DNA of 63,951 nt, filler included, from an uncultured Methanoregulaceae archaeon (GTDB lineage Archaea; Halobacteriota; Methanomicrobia; Methanomicrobiales; Methanospirillaceae): the NCBI GenBank assembly GCA_964530035.1. It is 5 parts of 5 records of this genome, joined end to end, with 100 filler letters (N's around TTAATTAATTAA, not from the genome) between each part and the next. Parts side by side here need not be neighbours in the genome. Positions count along the whole stretch, not along the records: positions 45,084 to 59,781 come from CAZGXZ010000050.1; positions 59,882 to 63,951 come from CAZGXZ010000189.1; 3 more parts are not named here. One strand, 5' to 3'. Shown here one piece after another: positions 54,970-63,951 of this stretch; positions within the stretch are counted from its first letter, which is position 1, and the number at the start of each line of letters is the position of its first letter. The notes beneath the pieces are model-generated. The model was not told the DNA's origin. It ran no database searches and saw only the letters and a list, made by a program, of their open reading frames with translations. The position numbers and the translations under genes are program-made.

Positions 54970-57900
54970 ATGATCTCAGTCCTCTATGTCGATGACGAAC
55001 CGGCCCTCCTCGAGCTCGGCAAGGTGTTCCTCGAGAGGAACGGCCAGTTCACTGTCGACACCGTTTCATCAGGCTTCGAGGCGATCGAGGCGATTCGGAA
55101 CCACAGGTACGATGCCATTATCTCCGACTACCAGATGCCCGGGATGGACGGCATCGAGCTGTTGAAACAGGTCCGGGCGTCAGGCAACACCGTTCCGCTC
55201 ATCATCTTCACCGGCCGCGGCCGCGAGGAGGTCGTCATCCAGGCCCTCAATGAAGGGGCTGATTTTTACATCCAGAAGGGCGGGGAGCCGGTATCCCAGT
55301 TCGCCGAGCTCGCCCACAAGATCCAGAAGGCCGTCCTGGAACGGCAGGCCGAGGCCCGGATCCGCGACCACGAGCGGAGGGAGACCGATATCATCAACTT
55401 CCTTCCGGATGCGACATTCGCGGTGGACACGAAGGGAGTCGTCATCGCCTGGAACCGGGCAATGGAGAAGATGACCGGCGTCCCTGCCGGAGAAATCCTC
55501 GGAAAGAACGACTATGAATATGCCCTCCCCTTCTACAGGACGCGCCGCCCCATCCTGATAGATCTGATCCTCGATGAAAAGTCACTGGCCAGGGAAAAGT
55601 ACCCCTACATCAGGCAGGACGGAAAGACGCTCTACTCCGAGATCACCATCCCGCATTTCAACGACGGAATGGGGGCGGTGCTCTGGTTTACCGCCTCCCC
55701 TCTGTACAACACCCAGGGAGAGGTCGTCGGCGCCATCGAGTCGATACGGGAGATCACCGAGTGGAAACGCACCGAGGAGGCCCTGAACGAGAGCGAGAAA
55801 CGGTTCCGGGACCTTGCCGACCTTCTCCCCCAGATCGTATACGAGTCAGACCTCGATGGAAACCTCACCTACCTGAACCGTATCGCCTATGACATGCTCG
55901 GCTATCCCCAGAGCCCTGTCCCTGCAGGGATGAATTTTTTCTCATTCCTGGTGCCGGAAGACCGGGAAAAAGCCAGCCGCGCCTTTCAGAGCATCCTGGA
56001 AGGACGGACGGATTTCGATGAGGGGCGCGAGTTCGTTGTCCGACGAAAGGACGGGACGGCATTTCCCCTAAGTATTTACTACTCTCCGGTTTACCGGGAC
56101 GGGATATTAGCCGGCATCCGGGGGATTGCTATCGACGTCACGGAGCTGAAGGTGGCGGAGGCACGGATCCGCGAGAGCGAGCAGAACTATCGGTTCCTGT
56201 TTGAAAACGCGACCCAGGGGATCCTGGTAGCCCAGGAGCAGTACCTGGTCCATGTCAACCCTGCCTTCGTGTCCCTCATGGGCCGCCCTGTTTCCGAGCT
56301 CCTTGCAAGGCCCTTCACCGATTTCATCCACCCCGAAGACCGGGAGACGGTCCTGTCCAGGCACGTGAAGCGGATACAGGGGGAGGAGCCTGAGACCGGC
56401 TATGTCTTCAGGGTCATTACCGGTGATGGACGGCAACGGTGGCTCTGGATCAACTCGACAAGGGTGACCTGGTCGGGGAAGAATGCGACGCTCAGCTTCC
56501 TCACTGACATCACGGAGCAGAAGGAGGCCGAGGACTGCCTGATTGCCGCAAACAAGGAGTACACCGACCTCCTTGACCAGATCCAGGACGTATATTACCG
56601 GAGCGACATGGAAGGCCGGCTCACCAAGGCGAGCAGGTCATGGGCCGTCCTGTTTGGGTTTGACACCGTCGATGAATGCATCGGGCTCGACATCGCGGCT
56701 GATTTCTACCAGGACCCTGAAGACCGGAAAAAGTTCCTCGATGACATATACCGGAATGGCAAGGTCACCAACTACGAGGTCCGGCTTAGGAAACGTGACG
56801 GGACGCCTGTCCTCGTCGAGACGAGCAGCCACATCCAGTACGGCCCGGACGGGTCGGTCACCGGGATTGAGGGGATCTTCCGTGATATCACCGAAAGGAA
56901 GCAACAGGAGATGATCCTGCAGGCACAGCTCTCCCTGGGACTCGCGCTTCAGCGGGCCCACGGAATGCACAATACCCTGGAGATATGCCTGGACGCGGCC
57001 ATCGGGATATCGGGCATGGACTCAGGGGGGATCTATCTCGTTAACGAGGCGACCGGGACTATCAATCTTGCCCTGTCACACAACCTGCGGGAGGAGTTCG
57101 TACAGGAATGCCTCAGTTACCCCCCTGAATCAGAAAACGCGGTGATTATTGCAGCAGGGAAACCGGTCTACATCTCCTATCCTGATATCGCCATCCCCCA
57201 CAGCCCTGGCCAGGTAGCCGAGGGGCTGCACGCCCTCGCAATCCTGCCGATCACTACCGGCGGGAAGACCCTCGCCTGCATGAACATCTCCTCGCATACC
57301 CGGGAGGACATCCCGCCGGCTGCACGCATCGCGCTGGAAACGGTTGCCACGCAGATAGGGGCTGCCATCGAACGCATCCGGGCCGAGGAGGCCCTTGCCG
57401 GGAGCGAGCAGAAGTACCGGAACGTCGTCGAGGACCAGACCGAGTTCATCTCCCGCTTCCTCCCCAACGGTACCCATATCTTCGTGAACGAGGCGTACTG
57501 CAGGTATTTCGGCCTGGTACGCGAGGAGGTCCTGGGGCACCGGTTCAGTCCGGACATTGTGCCGGAAGACCGGGAGCGGGTGCGTGAGTTCTTCAGGTCC
57601 CTGACCCCGGAGCACCCGGTCGATACCATCGAACATCGCATCGTGATGGCCGATGGGAGTATCAGGTGGCAGCGGTGGAGTGACCGGGCAATCTTCGACG
57701 AGCAAGGGAACCTTGTCGAGTACCAGTCGGTCGGGAGGGACGTGACCGCCAATAAGAAGACCGAGGAGGCGTTGAAGGAGCGGGAACGGCAGTTCCGCAT
57801 GCTGGTCGAGAACTCACAGGACGTGGTCACCCGTCAGAGGCCTGACGGCCTGCTCACCTACATCTCGCCGGCCTCTTCAGTCATGTATGGGTATGACCCG

Positions 57901-59781
57901 GACGTGTTCCTGCGATCCGATATCAGGGACCTGATCCACCCGGACGACCTCCCGGTCACCAGTGCAAACTGGAGGGCCCTTACCCTTGCAAACCCCACGG
58001 CAACGGTGACTTACAGGGTCAGGCACCGGGATGGCCGTTTCATATGGGTAGAAACCCGTTTTTCCGGTTTATTCGATGATAATTCCGGTGAACTCCAGGA
58101 GGTCTACGGGGTAACCCGCGATATAAGCGAGAACAAGCGGGTCGAGGAGAAGCTCAGGGAAAGCGAGGAGCGGTTGAGGAGGATCTTCGAGGACAGCCCG
58201 CTCGGGATGGCTGTTGTCTCCCCTGACTTCAGGTTCAGGATGGTCAACCGGCGGTTTTGTGACATGCTCGGGTATTCCGAAAAGGAAATGCTTGAGAAAA
58301 CGTTCCGCGATGTCACCCATCCAGACCATTTGAACAAGGACACGAACGAGACCCGCAGGGTCTTCGCAGGGGAGAGGGAGTCGTACAGGACCGAGAAGAA
58401 GTACATGAAGAAGGACGGCACTTTCCTCTGGGGCTCCGTTACCGTTTCCCCTGTGAAGGATACCCAGGGAACCGTCCTCTATGTTATTGCGCTCATCGAG
58501 GACATCAACGACCGGAAGGAGGCCGAGAACAAGCTGGTTGCTGCAAACGAGGAGCACCAGTCACTTCTTGACAACATCCAGGACGTGTACTACCGCAGTG
58601 ACGACCAGGGAAGGCTCATTACCATAAGCCGGTCCCTCCCCGGGATGCTCGGGTACGACAACCGAGACGAACTCCTCGGAAAGGACATCGCGGCGAATTT
58701 ATATGTCGACCCTTCTGAACGCAGCGTCATCCTCGACGAGATCCGGAGGAACGGGAGGATTACGGGCCGCGAGGTGAGGCTGAAGAGAAGAGATGGCACG
58801 GTGGCCGTGATATCCGCCAGCAGCCAATTCTGGTACCGGCCTGATGGGACGATGGGTGGTGTCGAAGGGACGTTCCGGGACATCAGCGTGCAGAAGGTTA
58901 TGACCGAGGCACTGCATGAGAGCGAGGAACGGCTTCGGANNNNNNNNNNCTGGGAGACCGGCCCTGAAATGCGGATTACGTACTCGAACCCGGCCGTCGA
59001 GTCCATCCTGGGATACCGGCTCGATCAGAGGGAGCTATCCAATGTGATAAGCATCATCCACCCGGATGACAGGGCCATGGTCAGGGAACTGTTCCTCTCG
59101 GGTATCAGGGAGAAGAAGGGGTGGCGCAACGTGGTCATCAGGTGGCGGCACCGGGACGGTTCATACCGCCACCTTGAGAGCACGGCCCTGCCGATTACCG
59201 GTCCTGACGGAGAGGTAACCGGTTTCAGGGGGATCGAACGGGACATTACCGGACAGGTGCTTGCTGAACAGGAACTCCGGAGGAAAACGGACGAGCTTGA
59301 CTATCGCAACAAGGTGATGACCACGCTCCTCGAAACAGTCCAGATCGGCATCTTCATGGTCGAGGCCCCCTCCGGAAAACCTATCATCGCAAACCGGGAG
59401 GCGGCCCGGCTCCTCGGCCGGGGTATCCTCCCCGATGCCACCGAGGAGAACCTGTCGGAGGTCTACGAGGCATACCGCGCTGGAACGGAGAACCGGTATC
59501 CGACCGGGGAGATGCCGATAGTACGGGGTATGTACGGGGAGAGCGGCCATGTCGATGACATGGAGGTCGTCCGTCCTGACGGGACACGGGTCAGGCTCGA
59601 GGTGTTCGGGACCCCGGTCAGGGACAACGAAGGCCGGGTCGTGGCAAGCCTCGTGAGCTTCATCGACATTACGGAGAGGAAGAAAGCGGAGGACCTGGTG
59701 CGAAGCCTGGCCCAGTTCCCTGCCGAGAGCCCGAACCCGGTCATCCGGAGTTCCCCCGTGGTGATACGGACCGACGTGGCC
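54970..59781 (+). CDS. Response-regulator receiver + multi-PAS + GAF sensor protein (3' truncated)
   Basis: LYVDDE..SDYQMP..FTG..K receiver; about 10 PAS/PAC repeats (..RDITE..); GAF at about 56900-57380; internal 10-N gap. Confidence 0.92.
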
Positions 59782-59881
59782 NNNNNNNNNNNNNNNNNNN
59801 NNNNNNNNNNNNNNNNNNNNNNNNNTTAATTAATTAANNNNNNNNNNNNNNNNNNNNNNNNNNNNNNNNNNNNNNNNNNNN
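59782..59881. other. Artificial contig-joining linker
   Basis: 44 N + TTAATTAATTAA + 44 N. Confidence 0.97.
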
Positions 59882-59899
59882 GTGATAGAACTCTCCGGC

Positions 59900-60685
59900 T
59901 CATTCCTTTCCCTGCCATTTGAAAAAGCGTTCCTGACCCGCCCTGAACAGGATGTCAGAGCATAGTCCGATCACCCCGATGACAACCATTCCGGCGCCTA
60001 TGACCTGGAGCTGGCCAAGGTTGTAGGCGTACATGATGAGGAAGCCCAGCCCTTCAGACGTTCCGGGCAGCATCTCGGCAGCGACCACGCACATCCACGC
60101 GATACCGAACGCAACACGGAGCCCGGTCCATATCACCGGAAGGGCACCGGGGATTATGACGGATCCCATTCTCTCATATGAAGTCGCATGGAGCATATCG
60201 GCGACATCGATCCAGCTGCGGCGGACACCATGGACACCCTCGACCGTATTGATGAGGATAGGGAAGAAGGCCCCCATGAATATGATGAATATCACGGAAC
60301 GGAACCCTATCCCGAACCAGGCAATGGCAAACGGCATCCAGGCGATTGGCGGGACCGGCCTGAGGACCTGGATCAGGGGGTTGAAATAGGCATTCGCCTC
60401 CTTGGACGCCCCGATGAGAAGGCCTGCGGCGACTCCGGCGGCCGCTGCACAGCAAAAACCGGTCAGGACCTCCCTGAGGCTTGCCAGCGTGTTCCCGATA
60501 AGCGACTGCCCGCCGAGGAGCGGTTCTGCCGGGTGGAGCAGGACATCGAGGATCTCTCCAAGCCGGGGCAGGATATAGTTGTTCTGGATGACCAGTGCTG
60601 CCACGTCCCATACAACAAGTACGAGCACGATGACCAGGAGGCCTTTTGCACCATCAATTATACGCGAGTTCAACGTCAGTCCCAT
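59900..60685 (-). CDS. ABC transporter permease, NitT/TauT (SsuC-like) family
   Basis: LRPVPPIAWMP, FFPILINT..GV, PGALP.I.TGLR..W..VVAAEM, GLG. Confidence 0.92.
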   Translation of the reverse strand: MGLTLNSRIIDGAKGLLVIVLVLVVWDVAALVIQNNYILPRLGEILDVLLHPAEPLLGGQSLIGNTLASLREVLTGFCCAAAAGVAAGLLIGASKEANAYFNPLIQVLRPVPPIAWMPFAIAWFGIGFRSVIFIIFMGAFFPILINTVEGVHGVRRSWIDVADMLHATSYERMGSVIIPGALPVIWTGLRVAFGIAWMCVVAAEMLPGTSEGLGFLIMYAYNLGQLQVIGAGMVVIGVIGLCSDILFRAGQERFFKWQGKE

Positions 60686-61937
60686 ACATCACCACCGTAA
60701 TATTCTCACTTGCAAGCGCCCCCCGGATCATGTCCTCCTGGATGGAACTCTGGACTGTTGCAACCACAAGCGGGTTTCCCCGCGAGGAGCGTTCCCTGGC
60801 CGCCCGCGTGAAACAGGTCCAGTTGTTGCAGGGCATGGACTCCCGGACCACCAGTCCCGAACCCCCGCTGTTAATCGACTGGATGACCGACGCAGGGTTT
60901 CCAAGCCCGATTTGCATCATAGCAGGAATCGATCCGACATACACCCCATCGAGGGCCTCCTGTCCCAGGGTCGTCATGAGCCCTCCTCCGGACTGGCCGG
61001 GGACAAGGTTGACCCGTGCCACGGGCGTTGACCCCGACATCAGGGTGCACTGGTACGGCCGGGTCGTCCGGTTATCATTTGGGACAAGGCAGAAACCGTA
61101 CCGTTCGCAGAAATACTGCGAGTCCATGACCATGACATACAACGGCGCGAAGTTGTCGCTCGACGGGAGGTACCCGATGTTCAAGACAGGGATCCTGGAC
61201 TGGTTGCCAGGAGTATATGACTCGTTGAGATAGCGAAAGCCGAGCTGTGATACTGACTCGTCCATATAGTACGTGGCGTTGACATCATCGCCGGACGGGG
61301 CTCCGATGACACCCGTGATAATCCCGGATGAAGGGAGGGTTGCATTGGCGGTGAACACGATGTTCTGGAAGGACAGGTTTTCCACGGCAAGCGGGTCGAC
61401 CGTCCCCCGCGGTGTGAGGATTTGGCCTGTTCCATACACCCACCGGGCGGTGATGTTCTCTGCATTCTCCGGGTCGTCGTAAATCCGGGAGGTTGCAGCT
61501 GTCGTCAGGGCGGAGAGGAGCCCGGCAATGTCCGTGTGTTCCCGGACAGTATCATCATCCAGGACAAGAACGCAGGATGCCGCGTTCTCCCATTCCCCTT
61601 CCGGTGGCAGGTCGGACGGCGTCGCGATCATCTTTCCGATCCCAGACAGCTGGGTCGAGGCAACGATGGGTTCCCATACGAGGAACGCATCTATCTGCCC
61701 CACTTCAAGGAGCTGGGGCATTGTCCCTGCCGATGCATACAGGAGGTAGACCATCGGCCTGTCCATGCCATCAGGGCCCGGGGAAGATGCAGAACAGGGG
61801 TTGCACATTGTGGAAAGAAGGAGGAGCAGGAACACAGCAGCGAGGAGGCAGGAAAAAACAGGGATACGATCCCCTTGTTCCAGGGTCCCCGGTGGAGAAC
61901 GCCAAAAAAGAAGCCGTATCTTCCGGGGTCCCTGCAT
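60654..61937 (-). CDS. ABC transporter substrate-binding protein, NMT1/SsuA-like (start uncertain)
   Basis: Hydrophobic anchor; L..GQIDAF..WEP and IGYLP..APL.V, GSGLVV, SIQ motifs. Confidence 0.75.
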   Translation of the reverse strand: MQGPRKIRLLFWRSPPGTLEQGDRIPVFSCLLAAVFLLLLLSTMCNPCSASSPGPDGMDRPMVYLLYASAGTMPQLLEVGQIDAFLVWEPIVASTQLSGIGKMIATPSDLPPEGEWENAASCVLVLDDDTVREHTDIAGLLSALTTAATSRIYDDPENAENITARWVYGTGQILTPRGTVDPLAVENLSFQNIVFTANATLPSSGIITGVIGAPSGDDVNATYYMDESVSQLGFRYLNESYTPGNQSRIPVLNIGYLPSSDNFAPLYVMVMDSQYFCERYGFCLVPNDNRTTRPYQCTLMSGSTPVARVNLVPGQSGGGLMTTLGQEALDGVYVGSIPAMMQIGLGNPASVIQSINSGGSGLVVRESMPCNNWTCFTRAARERSSRGNPLVVATVQSSIQEDMIRGALASENITVVMYGTDVELAYN

Positions 61938-62246
61938 CTGTACAATAAACCACCTTTGTAGGTATTCAGTCTTTTGAAATGCAACAGGCTCAACGGCTAT
62001 CAAAAACCCCTGATACCACATACTTCTCCTGGAGCTACGGGCAATGCCGCGTTACCAGCTCATGACAAAACCACTTTTAACAGGCAGAACGGGCTGAAGC
62101 CATTCAGCAGGGAACAAAGGCCCCGGGAAAAACCAGGTCCTGGTGCAGGCTGAATTCAGGGTAAGCCACGCCTGATACCTGCGGAGGTGCACGTGAAAAG
62201 GTTGATCAGTGCCGGACGGTACGTAGGGGAACCGGAACAAAAAGAG

Positions 62247-62600
62247 TTACAGGTAGCCGCTTTTTTTGAGCCAGTCGACCTGGGGACTTGTATATCGGTA
62301 CACAATGTCCGCCTTGTCGTCCTGGAACGACCACGGGATGACGATCAGGATATCGCCTTCACGTATCCACACTTTCTTTTTTATCTTGCCTTTTATTCTC
62401 CCGAGCCGCGTTGTTCCGTCAACGCATTTCACCCGGATATGGTTTGCACCCATCATCAGCTCGGCATAGCCGAACATCTCACGGTTCCGCTTGTTGGGCA
62501 GGCGGACCCGGATAATCTCCCCGTTCTCCCCGGTCTCCCCACCGGGGTTTATCCTGTCCCTGATCAGTATTCCCACTCCTTGGATGGTGCGCCCCGTCAC
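62247..62600 (-). CDS. eif1a: Translation initiation factor aIF-1A (true start may be a few codons downstream)
   Basis: RVRLP, GANHI.V.C.DG..R..RI.GK..K.VWIREGD, PWSFQD.KAD..YRY. Confidence 0.93.
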   Translation of the reverse strand: MTGRTIQGVGILIRDRINPGGETGENGEIIRVRLPNKRNREMFGYAELMMGANHIRVKCVDGTTRLGRIKGKIKKKVWIREGDILIVIPWSFQDDKADIVYRYTSPQVDWLKKSGYL

Positions 62601-62809
62601 CTCCTGATTCCGGACCGCAGTTATGCTATATAGGTCTTCTGTGCACTTATCTCTTTCCTTGATTCCTTCAGACCATTTTCTGCGATTTTAACCGTTTTCC
62701 CGGGCATATGCGGGGCAGAAGACCTCGCGGGTTTCATCCAGGTAATGAACCCGGGATCAGGTTTATCATGCTCCGGGGATAGTTTTCAATAAGCAGGGGG
62801 GAAATCACC

Positions 62810-63472
62810 ATGCGGCGAATATGTATTCTCGGAGTTATCCTGGCAGTCCTCGTTGTAGGTATCGCGTCCGCAGCGGTACTGGTATCAGCCGGGTCCACTG
62901 GACAGGCAGCACCCGTCACAGGCCTGAAAAGTACAGAAGTAGTGAAGTTTGCAAAACCCGGAGACCCGCTTTTCTTTCCTAATAATATAAAAAACAAACC
63001 AAAAGCGCTCGTGACTCCTTCGGCAACACCTGCAGTCACACCCGTTGCCACGCCAACCGCCCCGTCCCAGGTCATCACGTACACCTCGTCACAGTTCCTC
63101 GTGGGAAAACCCATCGACCCGTACGAGAAGTGCCTGAACAGCGCCAAGTTCTACAAGCTCCAGACCGGGAAGGAATACCCGGTGGACTGCAGCCAGTATA
63201 AAAAAGCCGGGGGGAGCTCTACAACGGGAGGGAGTTCTTCACAGTCAGGGACACCCCTGTTGACCAGCAGCCTTGGGGTCAAGACAGGCGGGACATCCCT
63301 CACGATGGGAACCACCGTTTCCGGTGGAAATACCGGGACCTCATCGGGCTTCGGGGCCAGCCTTGTCAGTGGTTCCTCTTTCAAAAGCGGCGGCCTCGGG
63401 ATCCAGAGCGGGTCCATGATGAGCAGTGCAGGCACCTACTCGGGCTCCACGTCGTTCAACTCGTTCATGTGA
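62810..63472 (+). CDS. Secreted protein with Ser/Gly/Thr-rich low-complexity tail
   Basis: Signal peptide, PTA linker, one Cys pair, GST-rich C-terminus. Confidence 0.7.
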   Translation: MRRICILGVILAVLVVGIASAAVLVSAGSTGQAAPVTGLKSTEVVKFAKPGDPLFFPNNIKNKPKALVTPSATPAVTPVATPTAPSQVITYTSSQFLVGKPIDPYEKCLNSAKFYKLQTGKEYPVDCSQYKKAGGSSTTGGSSSQSGTPLLTSSLGVKTGGTSLTMGTTVSGGNTGTSSGFGASLVSGSSFKSGGLGIQSGSMMSSAGTYSGSTSFNSFM

Positions 63473-63557
63473 GGGAAGACCTCCCTCCTATTTATCCCGG
63501 AAACCGGACCAGGACCGACTGGAAACCTGATAAACGATGGACACCGACCTGATAGCC

Positions 63558-63899
63558 ATGAATATGACGCGGGTCCTCGTGGTATCAGCCATTGTAGTGC
63601 TCCTTATTGCCGGGTACGTCACCGCTGACCTCCCCAGGACAAACGAGGCCCTTTCCTCGCAAAAAGCATACACCGACAAGGCGTATGTCGTGGCCGGCGG
63701 GTCTGGTGCGTTCAAGGGCCTGGTAACCGGAACTGTCCCGCAGCAGCTGAAGACCAATACATCAGTAAAAACAAAGCTCCAGCAGCCTGACACTACCCAG
63801 TTTGCGAACCGCACTGCCCCGCTCTCTGTCAGGATCGGATCCGGTACGGGTGGAGTAAAAGTCTTTTCAAAGTCGTTCTCCTACAAGGGTCTCCCGTAG
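63558..63899 (+). CDS. Small secreted hypothetical protein
   Basis: Signal-like hydrophobic N-terminus; basic Thr/Lys-rich body. Confidence 0.6.
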   Translation: MNMTRVLVVSAIVVLLIAGYVTADLPRTNEALSSQKAYTDKAYVVAGGSGAFKGLVTGTVPQQLKTNTSVKTKLQQPDTTQFANRTAPLSVRIGSGTGGVKVFSKSFSYKGLP

Positions 63900-63951
63900 A
63901 GCATTCAGTGGCGGCGGTTGGGACTCCTCTTTTTCCGTTAAGAGGCCCCAT

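Overview
Archaeal DNA from a methanogen, most consistent with Methanomicrobiales (split rpoB''/B' and rpoA'/A'', archaeal LeuRS, aIF-1A, many PEGA/PKD secreted proteins, REC-multi-PAS sensor). The window is five contigs joined by artificial 100-nt linkers (44 N + TTAATTAATTAA + 44 N). The three complete contigs are 14,903, 14,897 and 14,698 bp, i.e. apparently sorted by length, so adjacency across linkers has no biological meaning. Contig 1: thiC end, cdc48-hsp20, fbp, Sm plus a TFEbeta/RPC34-like gene, a macrodomain, an M3 peptidase and an AT-rich island. Contig 2: core genes (PINA, leuS, PAC2, tRNA-Arg, nusA-rpl30e-rpo operon). Contig 3: a decayed metal-transport operon, an iscS-iscU-E1-SAMP-moaE-DUF5591-GATase sulfur-relay cluster, msrA, a secreted R-S-E ADP-ribosyltransferase with a coupled 58-aa ORF, and a CARF-like wHTH protein. 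Contig 4: secreted proteins (a thaumatin-domain protein, a frameshifted papain-like protease), a lactate permease and a giant PAS sensor. Contig 5: ABC transporter genes and aIF-1A. The most notable items are a ~480-bp modular non-coding dispersed repeat present on two contigs, the secreted ART plus small partner ORF, an archaeal thaumatin-like protein, and a PEGA-archaellin-like lipoprotein. All family calls come from motif recognition by eye; no searches were run.
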